Below are positions 40,544-49,535 of a stretch of DNA of 64,000 bases, one piece after another. The notes under the pieces were generated by a model. That model saw nothing but the letters and a program-made list of their open reading frames with translations, made no database searches and was not told the DNA's origin. The stretch spans positions 26,516-90,515 of the IMG/VR virus record IMGVR_UViG_3300029268_000010; one strand, given 5' to 3'. Source of the DNA: a virus. The translations under genes were made by a program, and so were the position numbers. Positions within the stretch are counted from its first letter, which is position 1. Every line of letters begins with the position of its first letter.

Positions 40544-40811
40544 CTTCTTCTTCTATTTCGTAAATAACCATATTATGCATGATATCCATCACCTGACTCA
40601 TAATCTCCATTTTCTGTTTAAAGGTCATAGCATAAAACGGAGTGACTCTATAGGATATTTTTTGTTTCTGAAGTTCTTTGAGGATTTTCTGTTCTTCTTC
40701 TGTGTAGGCAGCGGGTTCTTTAATGATACAACTGTCATTAAAATATTTAGATACGTCTTGGTTGGTAAAGTCAACCCGGATAATCTTCTTTTTCTTCTCT
40801 TTGGTAGCCAT
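40530..40811 (-). CDS. Hypothetical protein
   Basis: 93-aa ORF with short overlaps to both neighbours. Confidence 0.55.
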   Translation of the reverse strand: MATKEKKKKIIRVDFTNQDVSKYFNDSCIIKEPAAYTEEEQKILKELQKQKISYRVTPFYAMTFKQKMEIMSQVMDIMHNMVIYEIEEEDGIS

Positions 40812-40941
40812 CAGGATCCTTTCTTAGTTTGTTTCTGTTAAGAATTCTATGTCGTACTTCTTCCGGATCAGCACCCGGCTTAAGCATTATTCTTAGTTTC
40901 AGTTCAGGAATGTATAATACATCACCTTGTTCATCCGGCAT
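40771..40941 (-). CDS. Small hypothetical protein
   Basis: Probable start MPDEQ at 40941. Fills the gap in the array. Confidence 0.45.
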   Translation of the reverse strand: MPDEQGDVLYIPELKLRIMLKPGADPEEVRHRILNRNKLRKDPDGYQREEKEDYPG

Positions 40942-41284
40942 CTGGAATGCTTGATGTTTTTTTCTTCTTTTCAATATCTGTCATTTTAAGATTATGTCCA
41001 CTTACCTTCATTCCAAGTTCTTTCATTATTCTTTTCAACCTTTCATTAGGAGTCCAGGAAACAGTATTTTGGATGATCATTTTAATATATACTTTCTCAA
41101 ATTCATTTCGCGGACCTTGTTTGTAGATACCTGAAAGATAAGAAGAAAGACTTTCAGATCGTGGTTTTTCTTCAAGATAGACCTTCTTTACTCCTTTGGT
41201 GTGATCATTAGTATCGATCCATTCAAATTTTATCTCTCTTCCTTTTTCATCAGTAAAGATTCTGTTATCTATTTCTTGGGTCAT
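40931..41284 (-). CDS. Hypothetical protein
   Basis: 117-aa ORF in the array. Confidence 0.55.
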   Translation of the reverse strand: MTQEIDNRIFTDEKGREIKFEWIDTNDHTKGVKKVYLEEKPRSESLSSYLSGIYKQGPRNEFEKVYIKMIIQNTVSWTPNERLKRIMKELGMKVSGHNLKMTDIEKKKKTSSIPDAG

Positions 41285-41588
41285 ATGATTTTAGTTTATC
41301 AGTTATCCATGTGCGAATATCGGAATTTTTTATTTCCCCTCCTTCTTTGGGAGCTCCGGCAATAAAAAACCATTTGAACTCCTGGTGCATGTCTCTCGAG
41401 AACATTTCATCATTGGTAAAGGCAAAGAGGATATTAAGGGCAAAGTCAGCGGGTCCGCTTCCACCATAACCCCATTCAAAACCATCAGGACTATGATATA
41501 TCATTTCATGAGGAATATTTGTTTCAATTCCATCTTCTGTTCGTTTAAACATTACAGGATCACCTGTGTTTACATCTATTTTCTTCAT
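41265..41588 (-). CDS. DUF6166-like protein
   Basis: Signature HSPDGFEWGYGGSGPADFALNIL...HQEFK. Confidence 0.75.
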   Translation of the reverse strand: MKKIDVNTGDPVMFKRTEDGIETNIPHEMIYHSPDGFEWGYGGSGPADFALNILFAFTNDEMFSRDMHQEFKWFFIAGAPKEGGEIKNSDIRTWITDKLKSYDPRNR

Positions 41589-41590
41589 AA

Positions 41591-42070
41591 TTATTTTCCT
41601 TGATTATACTCTATGCGAAATTCTTCGAACATATCAAATACTAACTGCCAACGTGGATTCATTGCAAGGAGTTTGTCTTTACCCAATGAATGAATATCTG
41701 TATGCTCCTGTGGGGTAAGTAGGATAATATTCTTTTTATTTAATATCCATCGTTTGTACTTCTTGGTGTTAAGGATATGATGGAAGAGCCAATGATATAG
41801 TTTCCCTTTGACAAATACACCATCAATGACTTTACCGGCATATGGAGTCAAATCCTCACCGGAGACGAACGATCTCTTATCGGAAGCTATGTAGATTTCA
41901 TCAAAGACCTCCATCTCTCCTGTAGGTTCGTAATCGCTTTTAGGAGTAGTTGTTTTCTGAATAGACTTTGGAGGGTTAGTCCGATAATAGCAATACTTAA
42001 GCATACCTTTTGCCCAAATGTAACCTTCTTGACCGCAGCCACATTTGCAGAGTTTTCGTTTTCGTTGCAT
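41591..42070 (-). CDS. NinG/HNH-like putative nuclease
   Basis: N-terminal CKCGCG; FHHIL...NIILL...EH..IH pattern. Confidence 0.55.
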   Translation of the reverse strand: MQRKRKLCKCGCGQEGYIWAKGMLKYCYYRTNPPKSIQKTTTPKSDYEPTGEMEVFDEIYIASDKRSFVSGEDLTPYAGKVIDGVFVKGKLYHWLFHHILNTKKYKRWILNKKNIILLTPQEHTDIHSLGKDKLLAMNPRWQLVFDMFEEFRIEYNQGK

Positions 42071-42282
42071 GATTTAATTGGATTAAAAACATAAATTGGT
42101 TTACTTGGAGATAGTATAATACCTGTCTGGAATATTAAATGATTGTAAATAGCGTCTTTTTCGTTATTCCCAAACATATCTATAAATGGTGGTTTATAGA
42201 TAGTATTATCATCGGTTTTACAGTATAGGCATACTCCCTTGTGTAACGGAGCACCACAGTTTCTACAATTTACATTTTCCAT
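41887..42282 (-). CDS. Zn-ribbon hypothetical protein
   Basis: CRNCGAPL...CLYC at the N-terminus. The C-terminal part overlaps the next gene by 184 nt. Confidence 0.45.
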   Translation of the reverse strand: MENVNCRNCGAPLHKGVCLYCKTDDNTIYKPPFIDMFGNNEKDAIYNHLIFQTGIILSPSKPIYVFNPIKSCNENENSANVAAVKKVTFGQKVCLSIAIIGLTLQSLFRKQLLLKAITNLQERWRSLMKST

Positions 42283-42518
42283 GATCCAAAGAATAGTTTA
42301 CCATTACATTTGAAGTACCAATCAGGCAGTTCTTCTGCTTTACAGTGAAACGCACAACATGATACTTTTCTTAGTCCATTCCTTTTTCTACGAGGAATCA
42401 AGTCTTTTATAGTATTACTGAGAGTTTCTTCATTCTCAAAACTTGTTTGAGGAAGTTTTGTGCTGAAATGAATCTGTTCAGCTTTTTCAAAGGTATAAAT
42501 TAAATCAATTTCTATCAT
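42270..42518 (-). CDS. Hypothetical protein
   Basis: 82-aa coupled ORF. Confidence 0.5.
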   Translation of the reverse strand: MIEIDLIYTFEKAEQIHFSTKLPQTSFENEETLSNTIKDLIPRRKRNGLRKVSCCAFHCKAEELPDWYFKCNGKLFFGSWKM

Positions 42519-42784
42519 AATGGTATTTCCTTTCCTTTAAGATCGGTAAGCATTGATATTCTATTATGTATTTCTTTATCATATAATGAAGGAATTAGTT
42601 TATATCCGGCAATCTGGAAATAAGAAAGACTTTCAAATTTTGTTTGATTAGGTGTAGAAAGAACAAAAGAATATGATTTAATTTCTTTTTCCTTTTCTGT
42701 TATTTGAATAAAGATTTTCTTTTCACTATTTGGATATTGCATTTCCCAATTTTCAAGTGCATGTTCTATTTTTTGTATGATCAT
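42515..42784 (-). CDS. Hypothetical protein
   Basis: 89-aa ORF with ATGA coupling. Confidence 0.55.
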   Translation of the reverse strand: MIIQKIEHALENWEMQYPNSEKKIFIQITEKEKEIKSYSFVLSTPNQTKFESLSYFQIAGYKLIPSLYDKEIHNRISMLTDLKGKEIPL

Positions 42785-43335
42785 AATTTAAGTTGTATTT
42801 GGTTATATTTTCCAATAGATATTTCACCTTTGGCAAGTCTTTTAAGATCTTCCAATGGCTGAACTTTTGTTTCATAAATCTGATATTTGGATTTCCATTC
42901 TTCGTACATCATTATGCCAGCTTCTTCGTTGTGCTCTAAATGATATATTAAGAACTGATTCCAATTCCAGAATATTATAAGTTGCATGCGGTAACAATCT
43001 TCACAGGACTTTACTTCTTTAGGTTCCATTAACCTGATAGCAATAGCACTATCTTTTGTTCCACAACCATAATGCTTCACTACTCTTTCAACCCATTGTT
43101 CCCAATGAAAGAACATATAAATTCTTCCTGATAGTTTTGTTCCTTTTTCCCTGTCAAATACCAATCTTCCTTTTTCATTCTTTTTTGATCCTTTTATCTT
43201 GCCAAGTTTGACACTAGGTTTATGATAGTGATATCCTATGATATTTTTTCCTTGCATATGCCAGGGTATTTTATCAGGAATAGAATTCTTCTTTATGAAC
43301 TCTATTAATTCTTCATTATAAGGTTCTAGGTTCAT
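42781..43335 (-). CDS. Hypothetical protein with C-terminal QIQLKL clamp-binding-like motif
   Basis: 184-aa ORF; CEDC; terminal QxxLxL. Confidence 0.6.
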   Translation of the reverse strand: MNLEPYNEELIEFIKKNSIPDKIPWHMQGKNIIGYHYHKPSVKLGKIKGSKKNEKGRLVFDREKGTKLSGRIYMFFHWEQWVERVVKHYGCGTKDSAIAIRLMEPKEVKSCEDCYRMQLIIFWNWNQFLIYHLEHNEEAGIMMYEEWKSKYQIYETKVQPLEDLKRLAKGEISIGKYNQIQLKL

Positions 43336-43720
43336 AAGGTTTTTCTATAAAGTATTGTTTGAATTCTTTGTAATCTGAATCTTTCTGTACTTTGTTCTTC
43401 CAGAGATAAAACATATCAGCATCATATCCTCCATTCTCACAACGTCTGGTTTGGTTATTACAGGGCTCAGGACATTCTTTGCAACATGTATGACACTTAC
43501 TTATGCAATGACATATCGCACATATCCGGTCCTCGGTGAATAATGGATTAAGAGGTTTGATTTTACTATTACCAAATTCATCAAGAGTTCCTGGCATAGG
43601 ATTAAAAGTACCATATGTATACTGACCCTTTATACCTTCTCCTTTTGGTTTAGCATTTTCAACTGTTTCTTTACTTATTGGTTCTTCCTCAAAATCAAAT
43701 TCAAGAAATAGATCATCCAT
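43316..43720 (-). CDS. Cys-cluster hypothetical protein
   Basis: CAICHCISKCHTCCKECPEPCN. Confidence 0.55.
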   Translation of the reverse strand: MDDLFLEFDFEEEPISKETVENAKPKGEGIKGQYTYGTFNPMPGTLDEFGNSKIKPLNPLFTEDRICAICHCISKCHTCCKECPEPCNNQTRRCENGGYDADMFYLWKNKVQKDSDYKEFKQYFIEKPYEPRTL

Positions 43721-44150
43721 TTAATAGTTTTTTTAGGTTAGTAAATCCTTGTGTAAGCAATTCTTTAGGAATAACACGAATGAGTGTCCATCCTAATTCT
43801 GTAGCTTTATTGTATTTCTCCATATCGTTAATGAAACCCTTGCCGCGGGTATGTCTACCCTGCGTAAAAGCGCCACCCTCAACTTCAATAGCAATCATCT
43901 TATCCACGATGGCATAATCAAATTTCCACTTCCGGTCCTCACAAAACTTATACTCAGTAGTACATATAACATTCAGTTCTTTCTCCACAATCTTTTTAAA
44001 CAGATCTATCTTTACTACCTTTCCTTTCTTCAACTTCACTTTTGCTTTCAGCTCAGCAGGCTTATCCTTCCAGTGCAATCTTCCTCTCTTGTCATAGTAG
44101 AGTTCTCCGCTGGCAAGTTTTTCATTGTATTCTTTACTTGTTATCAACAT
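43713..44150 (-). CDS. Vsr/DUF559-like PD-(D/E)XK endonuclease
   Basis: EYKF...RKWKFDYA...IAIEVEGG...GRH.RG.GF..DMEKYN.A..LGW. Start set at MLITSK (44150). Confidence 0.8.
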   Translation of the reverse strand: MLITSKEYNEKLASGELYYDKRGRLHWKDKPAELKAKVKLKKGKVVKIDLFKKIVEKELNVICTTEYKFCEDRKWKFDYAIVDKMIAIEVEGGAFTQGRHTRGKGFINDMEKYNKATELGWTLIRVIPKELLTQGFTNLKKLLNG

Positions 44151-44661
44151 CTTCACCGAGTATTTCCTGAGCACCATCAAGTCTGCGTTTCTGTTCTTCA
44201 ATAGGAAGCTGATCAAAATCATCAGGCATATGAAGCGCTCCCTCTGGCATCCCGGCTTTTAATATTCCTTTTTTAAACTTTACCTTTTCTTCATCATTGT
44301 TACAAAGGACTTCACCCATAAGCATTACATTGGAAATAGTTTTAAGAAATGAGTCATTAGATTTCTTTTCTTTTCTTTTATGTACCATAGGGTTTCCATT
44401 GATCTTTTTACCTATTACTTTCCCAAAATTAGTGGTTTTCCTTTCAAAAGTAGTAGAACGATATTGTTGTCCATCAATTTTTACATCATAATAGATTACT
44501 CCATTACATTCATAACTATTAATGTATATTTCACATAGTTTTTTTGAATATGAAGCTGACGTTCCTACATTGACATCAATGTCAATATCTTCTCTACCGA
44601 AATCACGACCAGTATTCGTTCCGGATATATTTAAGTATATTTTTTTACTTCTTGCTCCCAT
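44134..44661 (-). CDS. Hypothetical phage protein
   Basis: 175-aa ORF; C-terminal MPDDFDQL...EQKRRLD. Confidence 0.6.
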   Translation of the reverse strand: MGARSKKIYLNISGTNTGRDFGREDIDIDVNVGTSASYSKKLCEIYINSYECNGVIYYDVKIDGQQYRSTTFERKTTNFGKVIGKKINGNPMVHKRKEKKSNDSFLKTISNVMLMGEVLCNNDEEKVKFKKGILKAGMPEGALHMPDDFDQLPIEEQKRRLDGAQEILGEDVDNK

Positions 44662-44860
44662 TTTTTTGATTTAAAGGTTTTACATTATCACATCCGGGTC
44701 CACAACGGAAACCCAATCTTTTTATGTAGTATATCAGATGCCCACAGCAACTACATTTTTCTCCAGCGGGATATTTCTTTTTCATGTTTTTAATCTTCAA
44801 ATAAATAAACTCCCTTACCTTCTGGACTACCATCTTGTACCCACTGTACTTTGATAGCAC
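44645..44860 (-). CDS. Small Cys-containing hypothetical protein
   Basis: CSCCG...CGPGC. The true start is probably the downstream MKKKY. Confidence 0.4.
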   Translation of the reverse strand: MLSKYSGYKMVVQKVREFIYLKIKNMKKKYPAGEKCSCCGHLIYYIKRLGFRCGPGCDNVKPLNQKNGSKK

Positions 44861-45161
44861 CTACAACATTTCTGTCATATTTTATACGTTGTTTTACTGA
44901 TGCTACTTGTTGAGTAGTATGAAATCCATGAATAGGAAATATACAGAACCATGCACCATCAGGACCGGCTAATCCCCATTCCATAAGTATTCCTTCAGAA
45001 TAATCATTATCGTAATGACTTTCATGACAAGGAAGTTTTGTAGGTAATGTAGATTTTATCATTTCCTGTGATATTATAGGTCTTACCATTGCTGGAAAAT
45101 CATCAAAATGTTTATCTGCATTCTTCAAATCTTCTTTCAGTTTTTTTTCTTGTTTATCCAA
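44790..45161 (-). CDS. Hypothetical protein
   Basis: 123-aa ORF with a TTG start abutting the upstream stop. Confidence 0.5.
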   Translation of the reverse strand: MDKQEKKLKEDLKNADKHFDDFPAMVRPIISQEMIKSTLPTKLPCHESHYDNDYSEGILMEWGLAGPDGAWFCIFPIHGFHTTQQVASVKQRIKYDRNVVGAIKVQWVQDGSPEGKGVYLFED

Positions 45162-45455
45162 TCAAGTTTCATTTTCTGAATTAACAAAAGGTTTTACTGG
45201 TTCTGTTCCGAATACTTCTTTTAATGGCCCGGCAATCTCTTTTTGCATAGGACTGATATTCTCACTTTTTTCAAAAGCATGTACCTGGAGTTTTAGTTCA
45301 TCAGTGCATAGGTAATGATAGTCGCTATGAGTATGTCCTTTTGCCCTGATAAATTCATCAATATCATCATTGTATTGATTATGAAGTTCCATTTCATCGT
45401 AATGATAAATATGAACTTCTCCCCATATGAAATCAAGAACTGTTACTACTTTCAT
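45162..45455 (-). CDS. Hypothetical protein
   Basis: 97-aa coupled ORF. Confidence 0.55.
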   Translation of the reverse strand: MKVVTVLDFIWGEVHIYHYDEMELHNQYNDDIDEFIRAKGHTHSDYHYLCTDELKLQVHAFEKSENISPMQKEIAGPLKEVFGTEPVKPFVNSENET

Positions 45456-45646
45456 TTTACAATTTTAAAGTGTTTATGCCACATTCCCAAAGTATGCGGA
45501 CTATTAACGTTATCAACAACCTTTGTGTATTCAGTAACCTTTTCACATTCTCCGATTACTTCGTATGTCATATCTTTTGTGAAAGAATGTTCATTATCTT
45601 CCATGTAAAGATTCTTAGTGCATTTTAGTTTCTTTGCCATAATCAA
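45452..45646 (-). CDS. Small hypothetical protein
   Basis: 64-aa ORF; LKCTK...FTKD.TYEV beta-barrel-like pattern. Confidence 0.5.
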   Translation of the reverse strand: MIMAKKLKCTKNLYMEDNEHSFTKDMTYEVIGECEKVTEYTKVVDNVNSPHTLGMWHKHFKIVK

Positions 45647-45969
45647 TGATGTCTTGATACGTTTCCATTATCTTCAATAAGAATACAGCCGGCATACTGC
45701 CATTGTGAAGTGTTCTGCATGTGCCAGTTTAGTTGTTCAGGTTTCACCGGACGGTCCAGGTCATTAACCCAAAATTCAGCAAGAAGTTGTGATCCTCCGC
45801 TTCTGAATGTTCCCATGGTAAGCTCAGGTTGTGTTGCATGCTTGGCATAGGAATTCATTTGTTCCACTTCAATTTCATAAGCACGTTTTACTTTGCTTAT
45901 AAGTTCTTCGGTACGTCTTTCTACCGGAATACTTTCAATAAGTTTATCAATAGGAACTATATTATTCAT
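45643..45969 (-). CDS. Hypothetical protein
   Basis: 108-aa coupled ORF. Confidence 0.55.
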   Translation of the reverse strand: MNNIVPIDKLIESIPVERRTEELISKVKRAYEIEVEQMNSYAKHATQPELTMGTFRSGGSQLLAEFWVNDLDRPVKPEQLNWHMQNTSQWQYAGCILIEDNGNVSRHH

Positions 45970-46156
45970 TGTCGAAAACTATGTTTTTAAATATTTGTAG
46001 ATTAATTATACCGCCAGGCATTTCAATGATACCATATACATCTTCACCAACTGCATGAGAACAATTTCTTCCTACACGATAATCAGTAAGTGTTACCCAT
46101 TGATGAAATAATGCTTTGCACCATTCATTTCCAATTTTTACTTTTACGTGTCTCAT
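45962..46156 (-). CDS. Small hypothetical phage protein
   Basis: FHQW...GIIE..GG.I pattern, common in small phage proteins. Confidence 0.55.
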   Translation of the reverse strand: MRHVKVKIGNEWCKALFHQWVTLTDYRVGRNCSHAVGEDVYGIIEMPGGIINLQIFKNIVFDNE

Positions 46157-46344
46157 ATCGTTCTTACCTTTCCCCTGAGATATTCAAAAAGTTTGTCCGG
46201 CTGGTCCAGGGCAAATTGAATTGCTTGATTTGCTATCCATCCCGGGTGTGTATTGAGTGACTTACCCATTTTCTGTAAACGGGTATAATTTCTTGATTCC
46301 AGTCCATGTTGAACCGTAGTTCTTTGGTCATAAAGTTTGCTCAT
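46153..46344 (-). CDS. Possible ribbon-helix-helix DNA-binding protein
   Basis: 63 aa; strand-helix-helix pattern (TTVQHGL...RLQKM...WIANQAI). Confidence 0.4.
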   Translation of the reverse strand: MSKLYDQRTTVQHGLESRNYTRLQKMGKSLNTHPGWIANQAIQFALDQPDKLFEYLRGKVRTI

Positions 46345-47099
46345 AATTCTAATATTAATTGGTTATTTTCATCTTCTTTTAATTCATCGAGAAATATTCT
46401 TCCATGTTTTTTTGAGGGCATAAGCATTGTCTGATCCAGCTCTCTCTCAACTCTGCAATATTCAGCAAATAATTCGGGCATCAGTTTCTTTGCAGTAAGG
46501 AGATCTGCTTTTGAAGCCATGATACAGAAGCAACAAGATAATCGTGTCATTCCAGCTTTATAGGCCCAGTGAGGTTTTTGTTTATGTTCTTTGATAAAGT
46601 CAAAGACTTGTTTTACCTTCCAGTCAAAGATAGGAAACCATTGATACCATGTTCTTTTGCTATTAGACTGACTATCTACTCTTATAAAAGGATCTTTCTT
46701 TGCTCTTCCCGGACTTTCTTCTGCGCGTATGCCCATACAGTTCACTACAACATCAAATCCTCTCTCATTACAGATACCAATAATTTTACTTGATATAGGA
46801 CCCCGTTTAAGGTCGCTGGTGCAGTTTCTGTTCTGAGGTGAAGGAAACATCTTCCTATGGAATATCATATCCCAAAACGTTTTCTTTGCCCTTACAACAT
46901 GAAATTCATGAGAGATTGTTTCTTCAATGTGAGGAATATTACCGGGCCAGTCAACGCCAGGCAAATCTGCATGGATTATAACAAGATTTTCTCTTGGAAT
47001 GATATTTCTCAATGCAAGATACATTGCTTGGGAGTCTTTGCCGGCAGAATGGTTTATTACATACAACACTTTTGGTGTTACTTCTATTGGTAGTTTCAT
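46341..47099 (-). CDS. PAPS reductase-family (PP-loop, Fe-S) protein
   Basis: SAGKDS PP-loop, HADL, RNCTSDLKRGP, MGIRAEESPGR, PIFDW, RLSCCFC. Confidence 0.88.
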   Translation of the reverse strand: MKLPIEVTPKVLYVINHSAGKDSQAMYLALRNIIPRENLVIIHADLPGVDWPGNIPHIEETISHEFHVVRAKKTFWDMIFHRKMFPSPQNRNCTSDLKRGPISSKIIGICNERGFDVVVNCMGIRAEESPGRAKKDPFIRVDSQSNSKRTWYQWFPIFDWKVKQVFDFIKEHKQKPHWAYKAGMTRLSCCFCIMASKADLLTAKKLMPELFAEYCRVERELDQTMLMPSKKHGRIFLDELKEDENNQLILEL

Positions 47100-47362
47100 G
47101 TCATTTTAAAATAAACAACGTAGTACGGATCAAGTTTATGATTCTTTGGTATCACTGGTGCCATCACCCAAAAATAGAATGGCGTAACATTACCTTCTTT
47201 TACAACAGATCCTCGGACGGCATCTTTGGTTTTTATCTGAATATACAGCGGTTTGTATTTTACAGGTATTCCTGAAACAACCGTTATCTTTTCTCCATGA
47301 TTATGCATTAAATACTGAAGAAAATAAATTACATCACCTATTTGGTCACTTTTTATTATCAT
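47096..47362 (-). CDS. Hypothetical protein
   Basis: 88-aa ORF coupled by 4-nt overlaps to both the clamp gene and the PAPS-reductase gene. Confidence 0.55.
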   Translation of the reverse strand: MIIKSDQIGDVIYFLQYLMHNHGEKITVVSGIPVKYKPLYIQIKTKDAVRGSVVKEGNVTPFYFWVMAPVIPKNHKLDPYYVVYFKMT

Positions 47363-48744
47363 GTTATAAATGGATCATCAGGGTTATTTTCATCAAGTTG
47401 TTCTGCAAGTGGAGTGTCAGTCATTTGTTCTGATTCTTCAGTCTTTTCTTCTTCTTTATCTTTTTCATCAGACAGTCCACTCCATTCAGCGATCGGCATC
47501 ATAAGCTGATCGTTATTGACAATAATTGCTCTATTGTTTAGAGGATTATCATCTATTATAGAGAATCCCATTTTTACTCGTTCAACATTCTTTCCGACAA
47601 GAGTTTTGAATATGTTGGCGCTTACAGCAGTTTCAAATTCCTGGCAGTTACAATCCCATTTTATCTTAAAACAGTTTAAGGTATAACTAAACTGGTTTAT
47701 AAGATCTGTATCTTCAGCGCTGATCATTATTTTGTCAGGTTTTATTTTCATCCGCATTTTATTGACCTGATTTCCTGTGACAGCAATAGAATTTAGTATT
47801 GCAAGGATAATACCTTCATGTGGAACTTCAAGGATGATATTAGGCTGAGGAATTACTGCTTCATAGCGAGGATAGACGTCGACAGGATAACGATAGAATG
47901 CTTGATGTTCTTTCCACCGTATACGAATATAGGGTGTTTCCACTAGTCTTACCTTTGCCAGCATATATCCTTTCTGAGAGAGTTTTGCAAAAGCTTCGTC
48001 GGTAATAGACATTGTAGATGATTCTTCATCATCAATAAATACCTTCTGATAGTCATATGGTTTTGCAAGATGTGTAGCGATAACACTTTTGATAGAATCT
48101 TCATTGATATCTTCTTTTGTTGATGCAGTGATATCAACATGGACAAATTCCTTCTTGGGCCATAATGAGATGATCTTTGGAGTCACCATCCATGGAAGGA
48201 TATTAAAATGTTCATCCATTTCCGGACGGTCATAGAAACACATTTTCATTCCATTGGTGCCTACGATCTTATCCCGGATATAGACATGCATCATCACCGG
48301 CCGATGTTCATCCTTGCCCACATACGGAATTGAATCAACAACCTTTTTAATGGAGAACGTACTGAGGGTATCGATGTATTGCCATTTCCATAATTCATTT
48401 TCTTGCGGAAGTTGAGGAAATTCTTCAGCACTAAGAGAAATGAGATTAAACTCAGCATCCCCATAACATATAGTAAGTTTTGTGACTTCTCCATCTTTTG
48501 CTACTTTTATTTCAAGTGAGTCAGTGATAACATTGTTGATAATATTTTTGAATAGGTTAAAATCCACACACACCTCTTCCATTTCATTCAGTTCAGGTAT
48601 GTCAGATACGAGGCAATTCTCAAGATCAGTGGAAACAATTTTTCCTTTTCCAATCAGGATCATTTCAAGGATAGGCAGCTGTGCCTTTTTAGGAACTATT
48701 TTAGAGTGTAGTGCCAAGCACTTTTTTAATACGGCTGTTCTCAT
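47359..48744 (-). CDS. dnaN: DNA polymerase III beta sliding clamp homolog with insertion and acidic tail
   Basis: LPILEMIL...STDLE, EEFPQLP, DEHRPVM..V....VGTNG, YPRYEAVIP, LMMPI. Confidence 0.82.
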   Translation of the reverse strand: MRTAVLKKCLALHSKIVPKKAQLPILEMILIGKGKIVSTDLENCLVSDIPELNEMEEVCVDFNLFKNIINNVITDSLEIKVAKDGEVTKLTICYGDAEFNLISLSAEEFPQLPQENELWKWQYIDTLSTFSIKKVVDSIPYVGKDEHRPVMMHVYIRDKIVGTNGMKMCFYDRPEMDEHFNILPWMVTPKIISLWPKKEFVHVDITASTKEDINEDSIKSVIATHLAKPYDYQKVFIDDEESSTMSITDEAFAKLSQKGYMLAKVRLVETPYIRIRWKEHQAFYRYPVDVYPRYEAVIPQPNIILEVPHEGIILAILNSIAVTGNQVNKMRMKIKPDKIMISAEDTDLINQFSYTLNCFKIKWDCNCQEFETAVSANIFKTLVGKNVERVKMGFSIIDDNPLNNRAIIVNNDQLMMPIAEWSGLSDEKDKEEEKTEESEQMTDTPLAEQLDENNPDDPFIT

Positions 48745-49535
48745 TTATTTATATATAAAGGGTTAGTTGTCCATGAATCAAGGTTTACGAATACACCATG
48801 CTTATCAGTCTTACCATAACGGAACATTGTCCACATCAGGTGAGCGATCCAGTCTGCCATAAATGAATTGATAAACAGGTCTTGCTTTTCTAATGCTTCG
48901 GTAAGCGAGCAGCTGGGAGTATCATTATCTTCTACACCGGTCTTTAGTTCAGGATAGATATCAAAAACATTAGGAAGCTTATTAGCGCCTTTCATTCCTT
49001 TAGGCTGAGGAATCTTGTGCCGCGTTCCCATGATCACTTGACCGATATTCTTTTTGTTGCCTGCATCAATCCAGTAATAAGTCTTTGCATAAGGTTCATT
49101 GGAATTTTGTTTATTCATCCATCCAAGGACCTTCTGTCTTGATTTGACGGTATCAGTACAGGTAATCATAAAGTTTGCACCATAATTAGTATGATGTGAT
49201 TTACCCCAGTGATAGCAATATGCTTTCCATTCATTGCCAAAAGCAAGGTTTATCCTGCTGATCATTACGTCGGCTTTGAAGAGTCCTACATCCTGTGAAT
49301 AGAATAGTTGCCTGCCTACATTTGCAGTAGTTATCTTGTCTCCATCCCATGCCTGAACGAATAACCCAGGATGTCCTATCCCTCTCAATGCAACATCAAG
49401 CATAGCAAGTTTAGTTAAAAGTAAACTTCCGGTGCCCCCAATTCCTATGACATTGATAGTTATTTTATGAGTAGGATTTAGTATGTATGGATCAGTATAA
49501 TGGAGTAGTGATAATTTTTCCGATATGATCTTCAA
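48741..49535 (-). CDS. PRTRC-type E1/ThiF ubiquitin-like activating enzyme
   Basis: HYTDPYILNP, GIGGTGS, DGD.....NVGRQLF, GLFKA, TCTD...SR, YWIDAGN, PSCS (Cys at 48909-48911), QDLFIN. Start uncertain (TTG at 49535; frame open to 49838). Confidence 0.9.
   Translation of the reverse strand: MKIISEKLSLLHYTDPYILNPTHKITINVIGIGGTGSLLLTKLAMLDVALRGIGHPGLFVQAWDGDKITTANVGRQLFYSQDVGLFKADVMISRINLAFGNEWKAYCYHWGKSHHTNYGANFMITCTDTVKSRQKVLGWMNKQNSNEPYAKTYYWIDAGNKKNIGQVIMGTRHKIPQPKGMKGANKLPNVFDIYPELKTGVEDNDTPSCSLTEALEKQDLFINSFMADWIAHLMWTMFRYGKTDKHGVFVNLDSWTTNPLYINK

Noticed and set aside
46341-47099. Auxiliary metabolic cysH (sulfate assimilation) call
   Set aside because: It lacks the C-terminal ECGLH motif of true PAPS/APS reductases and has no cys pathway neighbours. 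It fits the mobile-element PP-loop subfamily better.
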